Shown here: positions 7,230 to 14,877 of the stretch, in pieces
How positions within the stretch are numbered: the first letter of the stretch is position 1
How the letters are laid out: each line of letters starts with the position of its first letter
IMG/VR virus record: IMGVR_UViG_3300035497_000625
DNA: 20,000 bases
Source of the DNA: an uncultured virus (IMG/VR IMGVR_UViG_3300035497_000625)
Lineage: Duplodnaviria > Heunggongvirae > Uroviricota > Caudoviricetes
Reading direction: 5' to 3' (one strand)
The notes under the pieces: model-generated
What the model was told of the DNA's origin: nothing
The model's input: the letters and a program-made list of their open reading frames with translations, nothing else
Database searches by the model: none
Program-made: the position numbers and the translations under genes

Positions 7230-7586
7230 TTAATCGTTCTCTCTATAGATTTCGATTTGTATTGAATTGGGCATATTCATTTTGTATAAGAGAGGAGTCT
7301 TATTCGCCCTACACTCTTGGTCTACTTGCTCCGCCGACATAATCTCTTGAATTAGGTTTCGATAGTAGAGTTCTTGTTTGAAATTAGGCTCAATTGATGT
7401 GCCGTTCCATTGCTTGTCAATATTGTTTTGGAAATCAATAGAGGACATTGCCTTTGCTAGAGCGTTTCTTAGATTTGAAGCCTCAACCATTACTGGTTGT
7501 CGCCCATCATTATAGTAGAAATAGACTTGATATGGGGTAGTAGGTCTACCGTCTTCGTCATAGAAATAATGAGTTTGATTTTCCAT
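7230..7586 (-). CDS. Hypothetical protein (118 aa)
   Basis: SD AAGGAGGAG directly after the brxL-like stop codon; resembles the C-terminus of 4915..5580. Confidence 0.85.
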   Translation of the reverse strand: MENQTHYFYDEDGRPTTPYQVYFYYNDGRQPVMVEASNLRNALAKAMSSIDFQNNIDKQWNGTSIEPNFKQELYYRNLIQEIMSAEQVDQECRANKTPLLYKMNMPNSIQIEIYREND

Positions 7587-7599
7587 TATATCTCCTCCT

Positions 7600-9018
7600 T
7601 TATAGACTAATGTTTGGCATTAGTTTATCCTCGTACTCGCTATCAAGCAAACGTAGTTGTTTTAGAACGTCTTCTCTCATTTGATATGCTGGGTCAAGAC
7701 AATACTTTTTAAATTCGTCCTTATCGATTTCGTCTACTGATGTAACGTGAGGGAATAGTAGTTTGAGAAATGCTGTTGCTAGACGTTTTACTGCTTCAGT
7801 ATTACGTGTATCTGCACGTCCTTCAATTTTAATCATGTCGTCAACAAATGCACGGAAATAGAATTTGTCTCTCAATTGGTGGAATATTTCTGTTATGTAG
7901 TCTGTTGATAGAGCAGTACCCTCCATTTTCAATCCCTCATGAACACGAGGAATATTCCATGAACGGATTATGCCGTGAAATCTATCTACTAATGCACTCT
8001 CCTTCCAAATGTTGGGTAGCGTGGCGAACATATTCTTGTTTGTATCCATTTTTGCTTCAGGTATATTACCTAATAGGATACAACCAGCATCGCCGTTACC
8101 CATAAAATCACCGACTCTTATTTGTCCATTCTCAAGATAAGCTTTCAAAATACCGCTAAGCTCAGCTCCATCCTTAGGACGTAAACTTTGTACTTCATCC
8201 AAAGCAACAAAATCGTTTATACCAAAATAACCAACCTTTCTCCTTGTAATATCATAAAACATTTTTGCTCTTGTTGCACCACTACCAGATGTTAACCAGC
8301 CGTGGGCGGATGTTTGAGAATAACAATAGCTCTTACTAGTACCTTTTCCGCCGAGGTCTACTAGGTTAACCCTTTTCTCAACCATTGGCAAAAATCTCTG
8401 TATCATAGTAAGCTTTTCTGTTTCATTTGTATAACCATCAGGATTATACCCCATTGATGCAAGTATTACATCAATCCATTCTTCAGTAGTGAATTGCTTA
8501 CGTCCCTCGGCATATTCTTTTAAATCAAAAGTATAAGGACAAAGTGGCTTAAAGCTTTGTAGATTAATAGTGCCACAATCATAGCAAAGGGTTACCTCGC
8601 CGAATGCTCCATCAGGAGTAAGAAGATATTTCTTGTGGTCGCTTACTGTTGACCAGTCTGCTAATGCCGTTCCCTTCTTTTGAGGAAAACCATATTCTGG
8701 TAGCTCGAATAGGATTAAATCTTTTGCATAGTCAAATTCAATTTTAATCTTAGTTAGAAGTGTAATAGTTCCCCTCTTAGAATGGCGTGCTTCTAGCATT
8801 TTAATGTTGAACTCTTCAACGGCGAGACGCATTTCTTCTATGTAGGTTGACAAACCATAAGCGTCTAGTCTGTTATTGCCGTCAGTGAACTTCATTAGCA
8901 ACCAGTCTTTAACCTCGCTTGGTAGCTCTAGGAAAGAAAGAATAGCAGAGCTACTCTTACTTTTCTTTAAAGATGCCTTTGGAAATGCGGACGCTATTTT
9001 ATAATCTAAATTACCCAT
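7600..9018 (-). CDS. brxL: BrxL-like (BREX Lon-related) AAA+ ATPase lacking the C-terminal Lon protease domain (472 aa)
   Basis: Family-typical segments: FTTEEWIDVILASMGYNP, RFLPMVEKRVNLVDLGGKGTSKS (Walker A region), DFVALDEVQ (Walker B), ILKAYLENG, LLGNI, SALVDRFHG..W.IPR. The protein ends before any Ser-Lys protease domain. Confidence 0.8.
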   Translation of the reverse strand: MGNLDYKIASAFPKASLKKSKSSSAILSFLELPSEVKDWLLMKFTDGNNRLDAYGLSTYIEEMRLAVEEFNIKMLEARHSKRGTITLLTKIKIEFDYAKDLILFELPEYGFPQKKGTALADWSTVSDHKKYLLTPDGAFGEVTLCYDCGTINLQSFKPLCPYTFDLKEYAEGRKQFTTEEWIDVILASMGYNPDGYTNETEKLTMIQRFLPMVEKRVNLVDLGGKGTSKSYCYSQTSAHGWLTSGSGATRAKMFYDITRRKVGYFGINDFVALDEVQSLRPKDGAELSGILKAYLENGQIRVGDFMGNGDAGCILLGNIPEAKMDTNKNMFATLPNIWKESALVDRFHGIIRSWNIPRVHEGLKMEGTALSTDYITEIFHQLRDKFYFRAFVDDMIKIEGRADTRNTEAVKRLATAFLKLLFPHVTSVDEIDKDEFKKYCLDPAYQMREDVLKQLRLLDSEYEDKLMPNISL

Positions 9019-9070
9019 ATGTACCTACTTTCTTTTAACTCTCGGTTTCTTTCTCTCATTTACTATAATA

Positions 9071-9099
9071 ATTATAGCATAGGCTATCGAAAAAAGCAA
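9071..9099 (-). promoter_or_regulatory. Sigma-A promoter (repeat family)
   Basis: TTGCTT-17-TATAAT, TGC extension, followed by AGTAAATGAG. Confidence 0.8.
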
Positions 9100-9104
9100 T
9101 TCGA

Positions 9105-9884
9105 TTAATTGTGGTATCCTGAATAATCGAATATTTTTAAGTCGCCATTTATATCATAGCCGAGATTTGCAAAGTGGATATCGTTGATTTTTAAATCCAT
9201 TAAAGCTTGATATAGTTGATAGACAGTAGCTTCGTCATATAGATAGAGTAGAGCATTGATTATACCGAAATTAAGCATATAGTTTTTGTTATAGATACCA
9301 TTGCTTTTGATTGTAGTAAGTAGGTCGTTAAGCTTATTTTTTGTTAGATATGAGATATGTCCCTCTCCAAAGCTAAAGTCATAAGCTTCAGCCATTCTCT
9401 CTTGAACGTAGTATGAGATTCCGTTTTCTAGCTCGCCCAGTTTAATAGTTTCAAAGAATAATTTTTTTAGATTGTCGGGCATTGCAGAATAGTTATCTGC
9501 TTCAATTTGACAATAGTCGCAATCATAGTACTTGATATCTTTTTCTTTATATGTAGATGTGTAAGTAGTATAGTTATCATTTGTAGTAATATCAACTTGA
9601 GCAACAATAGAGCCGTCCATAGGAATTTTAATTACGTAATTCTGTTTTCTTTCTATTGCTACAATTTTAGTTGCCCCAGCACTAATAATAACATCAAGAC
9701 CTAATTCTTCTTGAATTAATTCCTCTAAATCATAAAACTCAAAGAAATCATCAAATCCTTCTCCTTTCGTATATCTAAGTATTATGTCGTCATCCCTATC
9801 GCCTAAAAGCTTTTCAGCTCCGCCGACAATGAACTCAACAATGCTTTCAATTTTCTTTAATTCGCTGTTTGTAAACTCTCTCAT
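9105..9884 (-). CDS. Protein-kinase-like fold protein, paralog K1 (259 aa)
   Basis: Motifs GATK, YVIKIP, CQIEADNY, VQE, DIHFAN, IFDYSG. Start moved to ATG 9884 after GAAAGGGG. Confidence 0.85.
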   Translation of the reverse strand: MREFTNSELKKIESIVEFIVGGAEKLLGDRDDDIILRYTKGEGFDDFFEFYDLEELIQEELGLDVIISAGATKIVAIERKQNYVIKIPMDGSIVAQVDITTNDNYTTYTSTYKEKDIKYYDCDYCQIEADNYSAMPDNLKKLFFETIKLGELENGISYYVQERMAEAYDFSFGEGHISYLTKNKLNDLLTTIKSNGIYNKNYMLNFGIINALLYLYDEATVYQLYQALMDLKINDIHFANLGYDINGDLKIFDYSGYHN

Positions 9885-9937
9885 ACTTACAGTTCCCCTT
9901 TCAATTTTTATCTCTGCTTTTCTCATTTACTATAATA

Positions 9938-9966
9938 ATTATATCATAAACTGCGGTCAAAAGCAA
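9938..9966 (-). promoter_or_regulatory. Sigma-A promoter (repeat family)
   Basis: TTGCTT-17-TATAAT, TGA extension, followed by AGTAAATGAG. Confidence 0.8.
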
Positions 9967-9971
9967 TTGAG

Positions 9972-10763
9972 TTAACGGAAGAAGCCTGAATAGTCGAATA
10001 TTTTTAAAGCTCCCTCTTCGTCAAAACCAAGATTACCGAGATGAATATCATTGATTTGTAGGTCTATTAAAGCTTGATAGAGTTCGTATGTAGTAGCTTC
10101 TCCATAGGCTAGGATTAATTCATTAACAAGAACAGTTCTTAGTTCATACTGGTAATTAAAATTCTCTTTCTCTTTAATACTAGAGATTAAGCTATAGGCT
10201 TTATCCCTTTGTTCTTCTGAAAAACGGCGGATGTCCCTCATGCAATTATCACTAGGAAAAGTATGGTCAATTCTTTCTTGTACGTAAAATGCTGTACCAT
10301 TGCTTAGTTGACCGAGTTCAACACTCTCACATAATATTTTCTTTACGCTTTCAGGCATTTTCTTATAGTTCTCTGCTTCAATCTGACAATAGTCAACACT
10401 GAAATGTTCTGCATCATCTATACAATAGTAATACATATTACCAAAGTCGCCCTCTTCCTCTGCGTCCTCATCAAATCTTGCTTCAATGATTCCTTCTAGT
10501 GGGACTTTAATTACATAGTCTTGCCCTTTTTCCATTATTACTAGCTTTGTAGCTCCCATATCAATAGTAACATCTATATCAAACTCATCTTGGATTAGTT
10601 CTGCTAGATATGCTAGAGTATAGGATTCGTAGTCATCATAATCATTCTCATTAAACTTTATAACGGATAGTATCTCTGTATCAACAAAGTTTATGCCCTC
10701 GCCCATTATTAATTCAACCATGTCACTGATTTTCTCTATTTCCATTTTTGTAAACTTTCTCAT
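9972..10763 (-). CDS. Protein-kinase-like fold protein, paralog K2 (263 aa)
   Basis: Motifs GATK, YVIKVP, CQIEAENY, VQE, DIHLGN, IFDYSG. Confidence 0.85.
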   Translation of the reverse strand: MRKFTKMEIEKISDMVELIMGEGINFVDTEILSVIKFNENDYDDYESYTLAYLAELIQDEFDIDVTIDMGATKLVIMEKGQDYVIKVPLEGIIEARFDEDAEEEGDFGNMYYYCIDDAEHFSVDYCQIEAENYKKMPESVKKILCESVELGQLSNGTAFYVQERIDHTFPSDNCMRDIRRFSEEQRDKAYSLISSIKEKENFNYQYELRTVLVNELILAYGEATTYELYQALIDLQINDIHLGNLGFDEEGALKIFDYSGFFR

Positions 10764-10815
10764 ACTTACAGTTCCCCTTTCAAATTAACCTTTGTTTCTC
10801 TCATTTACTATAATA

Positions 10816-10844
10816 ATTATATCATAGCTTGAGGAGTATTTCAA
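10816..10844 (-). promoter_or_regulatory. Sigma-A promoter (repeat family)
   Basis: TTGAAA-17-TATAAT, TGA extension, followed by AGTAAATGAG. Confidence 0.85.
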
Positions 10845-10909
10845 CTCAGTTATTCAAGCGACTTTATTTCACGGCGAAACTACGAATCATCAACCTAGTT
10901 TTTTCGGGC

Positions 10910-10937
10910 AAAAGAAAAAGAGAGCCTAAGCTCTCTT
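10910..10937 (-). terminator. Rho-independent terminator
   Basis: AAGAGAGC/GCTCTCTT stem, 4-nt loop, followed by a T-rich tail on the minus strand. Confidence 0.75.
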
Positions 10938-11096
10938 CCTCGTTCCTTTTACAGCTGTTCTATCAAGCACGATTGTAGAGAGACTATTTTTCAATGGGTG
11001 AAATATTACCTTCTCTCTTGATTGAGTACAGTATTGAATTGTACCCTTTGTGCCAGCCATTTTACCTTTAGTTACAACATAAACAGTTTTTAACAT
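10926..11096 (-). CDS. Small basic KOW-motif-like protein (56 aa)
   Basis: Not in the ORF track. SD GAAAGAAGGT. MLKTVYVVTKGKMAGTKGTIQYCTQSREKVIFHPLKNSLSTIVLDRTAVKGTRKRA. Confidence 0.75.
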   Translation of the reverse strand: MLKTVYVVTKGKMAGTKGTIQYCTQSREKVIFHPLKNSLSTIVLDRTAVKGTRKRA

Positions 11097-11112
11097 ATAA
11101 ACCTTCTTTCCG

Positions 11113-11340
11113 CTACGCTACAGTAGCTATCTCATCGCTTTGAATTGTTACACCGATTAAAGAAACTCCATCGCCCGAAGTAAAAGGCGTAATCTCAACT
11201 ATTTGATAATCCTTATACTTAGAAAATTTCTTATCATTTGATAACCAGAACCCCTTTACTTCGTGCTTTTGATATTGGATTACTCTAATTCTGTCTCTCG
11301 CATAGGATGGTATCAACTTTCTTATCTTTTTAAGCTTCAT
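11113..11340 (-). CDS. Hypothetical protein (75 aa)
   Basis: Start moved to ATG 11340 (MKLKKIRK), 6 nt after AGGAGG; overlaps the upstream stop codon. Confidence 0.75.
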   Translation of the reverse strand: MKLKKIRKLIPSYARDRIRVIQYQKHEVKGFWLSNDKKFSKYKDYQIVEITPFTSGDGVSLIGVTIQSDEIATVA

Positions 11341-11452
11341 CATACTCCTCCTCATAGCTATCGGTTCTACCACGACCAGCGAAATAATAGCTGTCGCCCT
11401 CGTAGTATTCTTCATCATCATAAACTATACCAAAATAACCATATTCTAACAT
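11330..11452 (-). CDS. Acidic Tyr-rich peptide (40 aa)
   Basis: ATG 11452 after GAAAGGG; first gene after a promoter. MLEYGYFGIVYDDEEYYEGDSYYFAGRGRTDSYEEEYDEA. Confidence 0.7.
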   Translation of the reverse strand: MLEYGYFGIVYDDEEYYEGDSYYFAGRGRTDSYEEEYDEA

Positions 11453-11501
11453 ACACATTCCCCTTTCAAAGGTCTGTTTGCTTTTCTCATTTACTATAAT
11501 T

Positions 11502-11530
11502 ATTATATCATAGCCTAAAGATTTTTTCAA
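11502..11530 (-). promoter_or_regulatory. Sigma-A promoter (repeat family)
   Basis: TTGAAA-17-TATAAT, TGA extension, followed by AGTAAATGAG. Confidence 0.85.
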
Positions 11531-11544
11531 CTAAGTTAATCGGC

Positions 11545-12291
11545 TTAACAATTCCAACCGCTATAGTCAAAGATTACAATTTTGCCGTTTTTATTAACGC
11601 CAACATTTCGGTCTTCTATATCGTTGATGCCGTGGAGTTTGCAAAGTGTGTTGAGCTTTCTAACCTTATCTATACCATATTGTTCTATTAATGCAAAGAT
11701 TATTTCTCTATTTGTCACTTGACTTAGATAGCCAAGCATATTGTCATCAAACCATTTTAGCTCTGATTGTCTAACGTCTTTTGATTGTAGTTTTGCTTTA
11801 CTATCTATTTCGTCTTTAATCTTAGAATTTAGGATGTCTAAATCAACTACTGCATATAAAGGCGTTACTTTCTCTTGTGCGAATACTTTTTCTTCTAGAA
11901 TTGTCTCTATTTCCATTATCTCAGGAAAAAACTCATTGATACCTAGAACCTTTGCTTCCTCATAGAGAAACATTTCGTCCTCACAATAGGAAGATGTTCT
12001 AAAGCCGTCATAAATCTCTTCATCATCCTCTAAATACTCGTCTGTATCCTCATCATATACAGATTGAATTGAGCCAGTGATAGGAACTTTAACAACAAAA
12101 TCTGCTTGAGGGGGCATATAGACTACTTTGGAAGCTCCAGTGGCTAACTCTCCGCCCGCATAATCAACGTAATTGCAACAAGAGACAAAGTCTCCATCAT
12201 CATAATCAAAAATTCCTTCTCTCTCATAATCATATAATTGAGATAATACGTCATTAATCTTACTGTAATCATATTGAGTAACCTTAATCAT
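11545..12291 (-). CDS. Protein-kinase-like fold protein, paralog K3 (248 aa)
   Basis: Motifs GASK, FVVKVP, CEDEMFLY, AQE, DIEDRN, IFDYSG. Start ATG 12291 after AAGGAG. Confidence 0.85.
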   Translation of the reverse strand: MIKVTQYDYSKINDVLSQLYDYEREGIFDYDDGDFVSCCNYVDYAGGELATGASKVVYMPPQADFVVKVPITGSIQSVYDEDTDEYLEDDEEIYDGFRTSSYCEDEMFLYEEAKVLGINEFFPEIMEIETILEEKVFAQEKVTPLYAVVDLDILNSKIKDEIDSKAKLQSKDVRQSELKWFDDNMLGYLSQVTNREIIFALIEQYGIDKVRKLNTLCKLHGINDIEDRNVGVNKNGKIVIFDYSGWNC

Positions 12292-12344
12292 AAACAACTC
12301 TCCTTAAAAATAAGTCTTAGTTTCTTTTCTCATTTACTATAATA

Positions 12345-12373
12345 ATTATATCATAGCTTAGAGATTTTTTCAA
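12345..12373 (-). promoter_or_regulatory. Sigma-A promoter (repeat family)
   Basis: TTGAAA-17-TATAAT, TGA extension, followed by AGTAAATGAG. Confidence 0.85.
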
Positions 12374-12382
12374 TTGAGTTAT

Positions 12383-12502
12383 TTACTCCTCCTCTCTGTT
12401 GTCTTGTTCTGTAAGAAATTCTCCACATCCGCCCGCAATAGCAATCACCAAAAATGCGATTGCTAAGACAAGAGCTATAACACCAGTAACAGTTGCAAAC
12501 AT
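12383..12502 (-). CDS. Small single-pass membrane protein (39 aa)
   Basis: ATG 12502 after AAGGAGG; hydrophobic VIALVLAIAFLVIAIAG followed by an acidic tail. Confidence 0.7.
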   Translation of the reverse strand: MFATVTGVIALVLAIAFLVIAIAGGCGEFLTEQDNREEE

Positions 12503-12515
12503 TACACATTCCTCC

Positions 12516-12818
12516 TTAGTCATAGTCAAAGAAAAAGTGGAAATTGCCACTATAGAAATTAGAGCCATATCCTCTGCCATTTCTAATATTCTCTCTTACC
12601 TTTTCGTACTTTTCAATCTCAATCTGAGCGAGCTTATCTCTTAGCATTTCATAGTCTACATTGTTAAACATAATAAGGTCAACGGCGGAATAACCATTCG
12701 CCAGTAGGTAATTCTCAACTCTCTCACGAGTGTAGTAGTTCTTAAAGAACTCTTTGTACTCATCAATTTTACATAGACCTACGAATCCATCCTCTTGAGT
12801 TTCAACATAGTATACCAT
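12516..12818 (-). CDS. Hypothetical protein (100 aa)
   Basis: Start moved to ATG 12818 (MVYYVETQ) after GAAAGGGG. Confidence 0.8.
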   Translation of the reverse strand: MVYYVETQEDGFVGLCKIDEYKEFFKNYYTRERVENYLLANGYSAVDLIMFNNVDYEMLRDKLAQIEIEKYEKVRENIRNGRGYGSNFYSGNFHFFFDYD

Positions 12819-12866
12819 ATACATTCCCCTTTCAAAACTCACCTTTTTTTCTCATTTACTGTGATT

Positions 12867-12895
12867 ATTATATCATAGACTGAAATTTTCTTCAA
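12867..12895 (-). promoter_or_regulatory. Sigma-A promoter (repeat family)
   Basis: TTGAAG-17-TATAAT, TGA extension, followed by AGTAAATGAG. Confidence 0.8.
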
Positions 12896-12909
12896 CTGAG
12901 TTAGAGTTA

Positions 12910-13650
12910 TTAATTACCCCAGCCACTATAGTCAAAGATTACTATTTTACCTTTTGAATTAACGCCCACGTTATAATACTTTATGTCGTTAATATCATGT
13001 AACTTGCAGAATGTATTGAGTTTTTTAACTTTGTCTATTCCATATTGCTCAATTAATCTAAAAATAATTTCTTGCTCTGCCACTTGACCTAAATAGCCGA
13101 GATAATTATCTTCAAACCATTGCTCCTCTGCCGTTCTTATGTCCTGCGATTGTGATGATTTAGCTTTACTATCTACAGTTTTTTGTAGAACCGATTCAGT
13201 CTTTGTTAAATCGCTAGAAAGAAATGCTTCTACTTTCTCTTGTGCATAGACTTTCTCGTTCAGAATTGTTTCTATCTCTACAATTTCTGGAAAGAAATCA
13301 CTAATGCCAAGAACCTTAGCCTCCTTATAGAGGAACATCTCGTCTTCACAAGAGGATGATGTTCTAAATCCATCATAAACTACTTCTTCAACCTCTATTG
13401 TATCAGACTCAGAATAGTAATTCTCTTCTATTATTCCAGTTATTGGAATCTTTACAACATAGTTTGTATCAGGTGGAAAGTAAACTAATTTTGATGACCC
13501 ACTTGTTATTTCGCCGACATAATCTAAGTATGAATAAGCTAATGTAATGACTCCTTCTTCATTATCAAAAATGCCACCTCTGTCTTCGTCATATACTTGA
13601 GATAGTACATTATTAATTCTGTTATAATCCAATTGAGTAATTCTAATCAT
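12910..13650 (-). CDS. Protein-kinase-like fold protein, paralog K4 (246 aa)
   Basis: Motifs GSSK, YVVKIP, CEDEMFLY, AQE, DIKYYN, IFDYSG. Start moved to ATG 13650. Confidence 0.85.
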   Translation of the reverse strand: MIRITQLDYNRINNVLSQVYDEDRGGIFDNEEGVITLAYSYLDYVGEITSGSSKLVYFPPDTNYVVKIPITGIIEENYYSESDTIEVEEVVYDGFRTSSSCEDEMFLYKEAKVLGISDFFPEIVEIETILNEKVYAQEKVEAFLSSDLTKTESVLQKTVDSKAKSSQSQDIRTAEEQWFEDNYLGYLGQVAEQEIIFRLIEQYGIDKVKKLNTFCKLHDINDIKYYNVGVNSKGKIVIFDYSGWGN

Positions 13651-13700
13651 ATACATTCCCCTTTCAAAACTCACTTTTTCTTTTCTCATTTACTGTAATT

Positions 13701-13729
13701 ATTATATCATAGTCTGTTGATTAAATCAA
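13701..13729 (-). promoter_or_regulatory. Sigma-A promoter (repeat family)
   Basis: TTGATT-17-TATAAT, TGA extension; the -35 contains the TGA stop of the upstream gene. Confidence 0.8.
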
Positions 13730-13992
13730 TTGCGTGAAACCCAGTAGATTAAAATATCCTGACCTAAAGAGTCATCAACGTAATATGTTGTTCCTTCTCT
13801 TGATTTTAAGCTGTCTCTTTTTAAATGTGTGTGACATTGACCTAGATGGTATTCCTTTTGCTCCGCCGAAAAGCTGTCAGTACCATAGTACTGACCTATA
13901 CGCTCATCGGTAATGCATTCCTTTGCTATATCCCATAGGTCTGTATATGGGATAAACTCGTTATCTCGTATCACGTAATAAATTCTTTCCAT
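13726..13992 (-). CDS. Hypothetical protein (88 aa)
   Basis: Start moved to ATG 13992 (MERIYYV) after GGAGG. Confidence 0.8.
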   Translation of the reverse strand: MERIYYVIRDNEFIPYTDLWDIAKECITDERIGQYYGTDSFSAEQKEYHLGQCHTHLKRDSLKSREGTTYYVDDSLGQDILIYWVSRN

Positions 13993-14006
13993 TTTACATC
14001 CCTCCA

Positions 14007-14780
14007 TTAAAACTCGTAACCACTATAGTCATATATTTTAGGCTTGCCGTCCTTTTGATATCCATAGTTTCTGCTGTGTAAATCAGTAATACTGAAGTAA
14101 TCAATCACGTACATTAGCTCTTCAACAGTCATTTCGCCATAGCGTAATAATATATCGTAAATGAATTGAGGTTCAAGTGTCCATGTATATCTTTTTTCGT
14201 TAAAGTTCCTCATTGTAGCCTTTTCATTTTCTGGTAGGTCGCCATATATAAACTCTCTACTACCCTGCTCGCTGTCGTAGAATGATTCAGTAACCTTTTC
14301 TTGTATATAGATTGATATTGAATTATCAAGAGTGCAGAGGAATTGAGTCTCTGCAAATAGAGGCTTAACGCAGTAAGGTAAGTCTTCGTATATATTCTTT
14401 TCTATGTCACAGTAGTCATACTCGTAATTAAAAGATTGGTAGTAAATACCATCATCATCTGTAGATGCTTCGCCTTCTAGAGGTATCTTTATCACATAAT
14501 CTCTCTCAACATCATCTATGACAAGCTTAGTTGCTCCTTTATAAATGTGGAATCTATCCATATAATCTTCTTTACTTCCGCCCAGTTTAGTTGCAATGTC
14601 CCATTTAAGTTTATTGAGTAGCTCGCCTACTGTATAGCATACCATCATATCATCTTCAAATTCTATTATAGCTAAGTCATTATCTTCGACAGTTGAATAG
14701 ACTGCTTTACCGTAGAGTGTTGCAACCTGTACTATAGCTTTGATTTCCTCTACCTCTTGTTTGTTAATCTCTCTTAACAT
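14007..14780 (-). CDS. Protein-kinase-like fold protein, paralog K5 (257 aa)
   Basis: Motifs GATK, YVIKIP, CDIEKNIY, IQE, DLHSRN, IYDYSG. Confidence 0.85.
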   Translation of the reverse strand: MLREINKQEVEEIKAIVQVATLYGKAVYSTVEDNDLAIIEFEDDMMVCYTVGELLNKLKWDIATKLGGSKEDYMDRFHIYKGATKLVIDDVERDYVIKIPLEGEASTDDDGIYYQSFNYEYDYCDIEKNIYEDLPYCVKPLFAETQFLCTLDNSISIYIQEKVTESFYDSEQGSREFIYGDLPENEKATMRNFNEKRYTWTLEPQFIYDILLRYGEMTVEELMYVIDYFSITDLHSRNYGYQKDGKPKIYDYSGYEF

Positions 14781-14829
14781 ATGCATTCCCCTTTCAAACT
14801 CGTCTCTGCTTTTCTCATTTACTATAATA

Positions 14830-14858
14830 ATTATATCATAAGCTGGGCATTAAGGCAA
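14830..14858 (-). promoter_or_regulatory. Sigma-A promoter (repeat family)
   Basis: TTGCCT-17-TATAAT, TGA extension, followed by AGTAAATGAG. Confidence 0.8.
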
Positions 14859-14877
14859 CTAGGTCACCGCCTCTATT

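Noticed and set aside
7600..9018. Complete BREX system or active Lon protease
   Set aside because: No other brx or pgl genes are recognisable here and the protease domain is absent.
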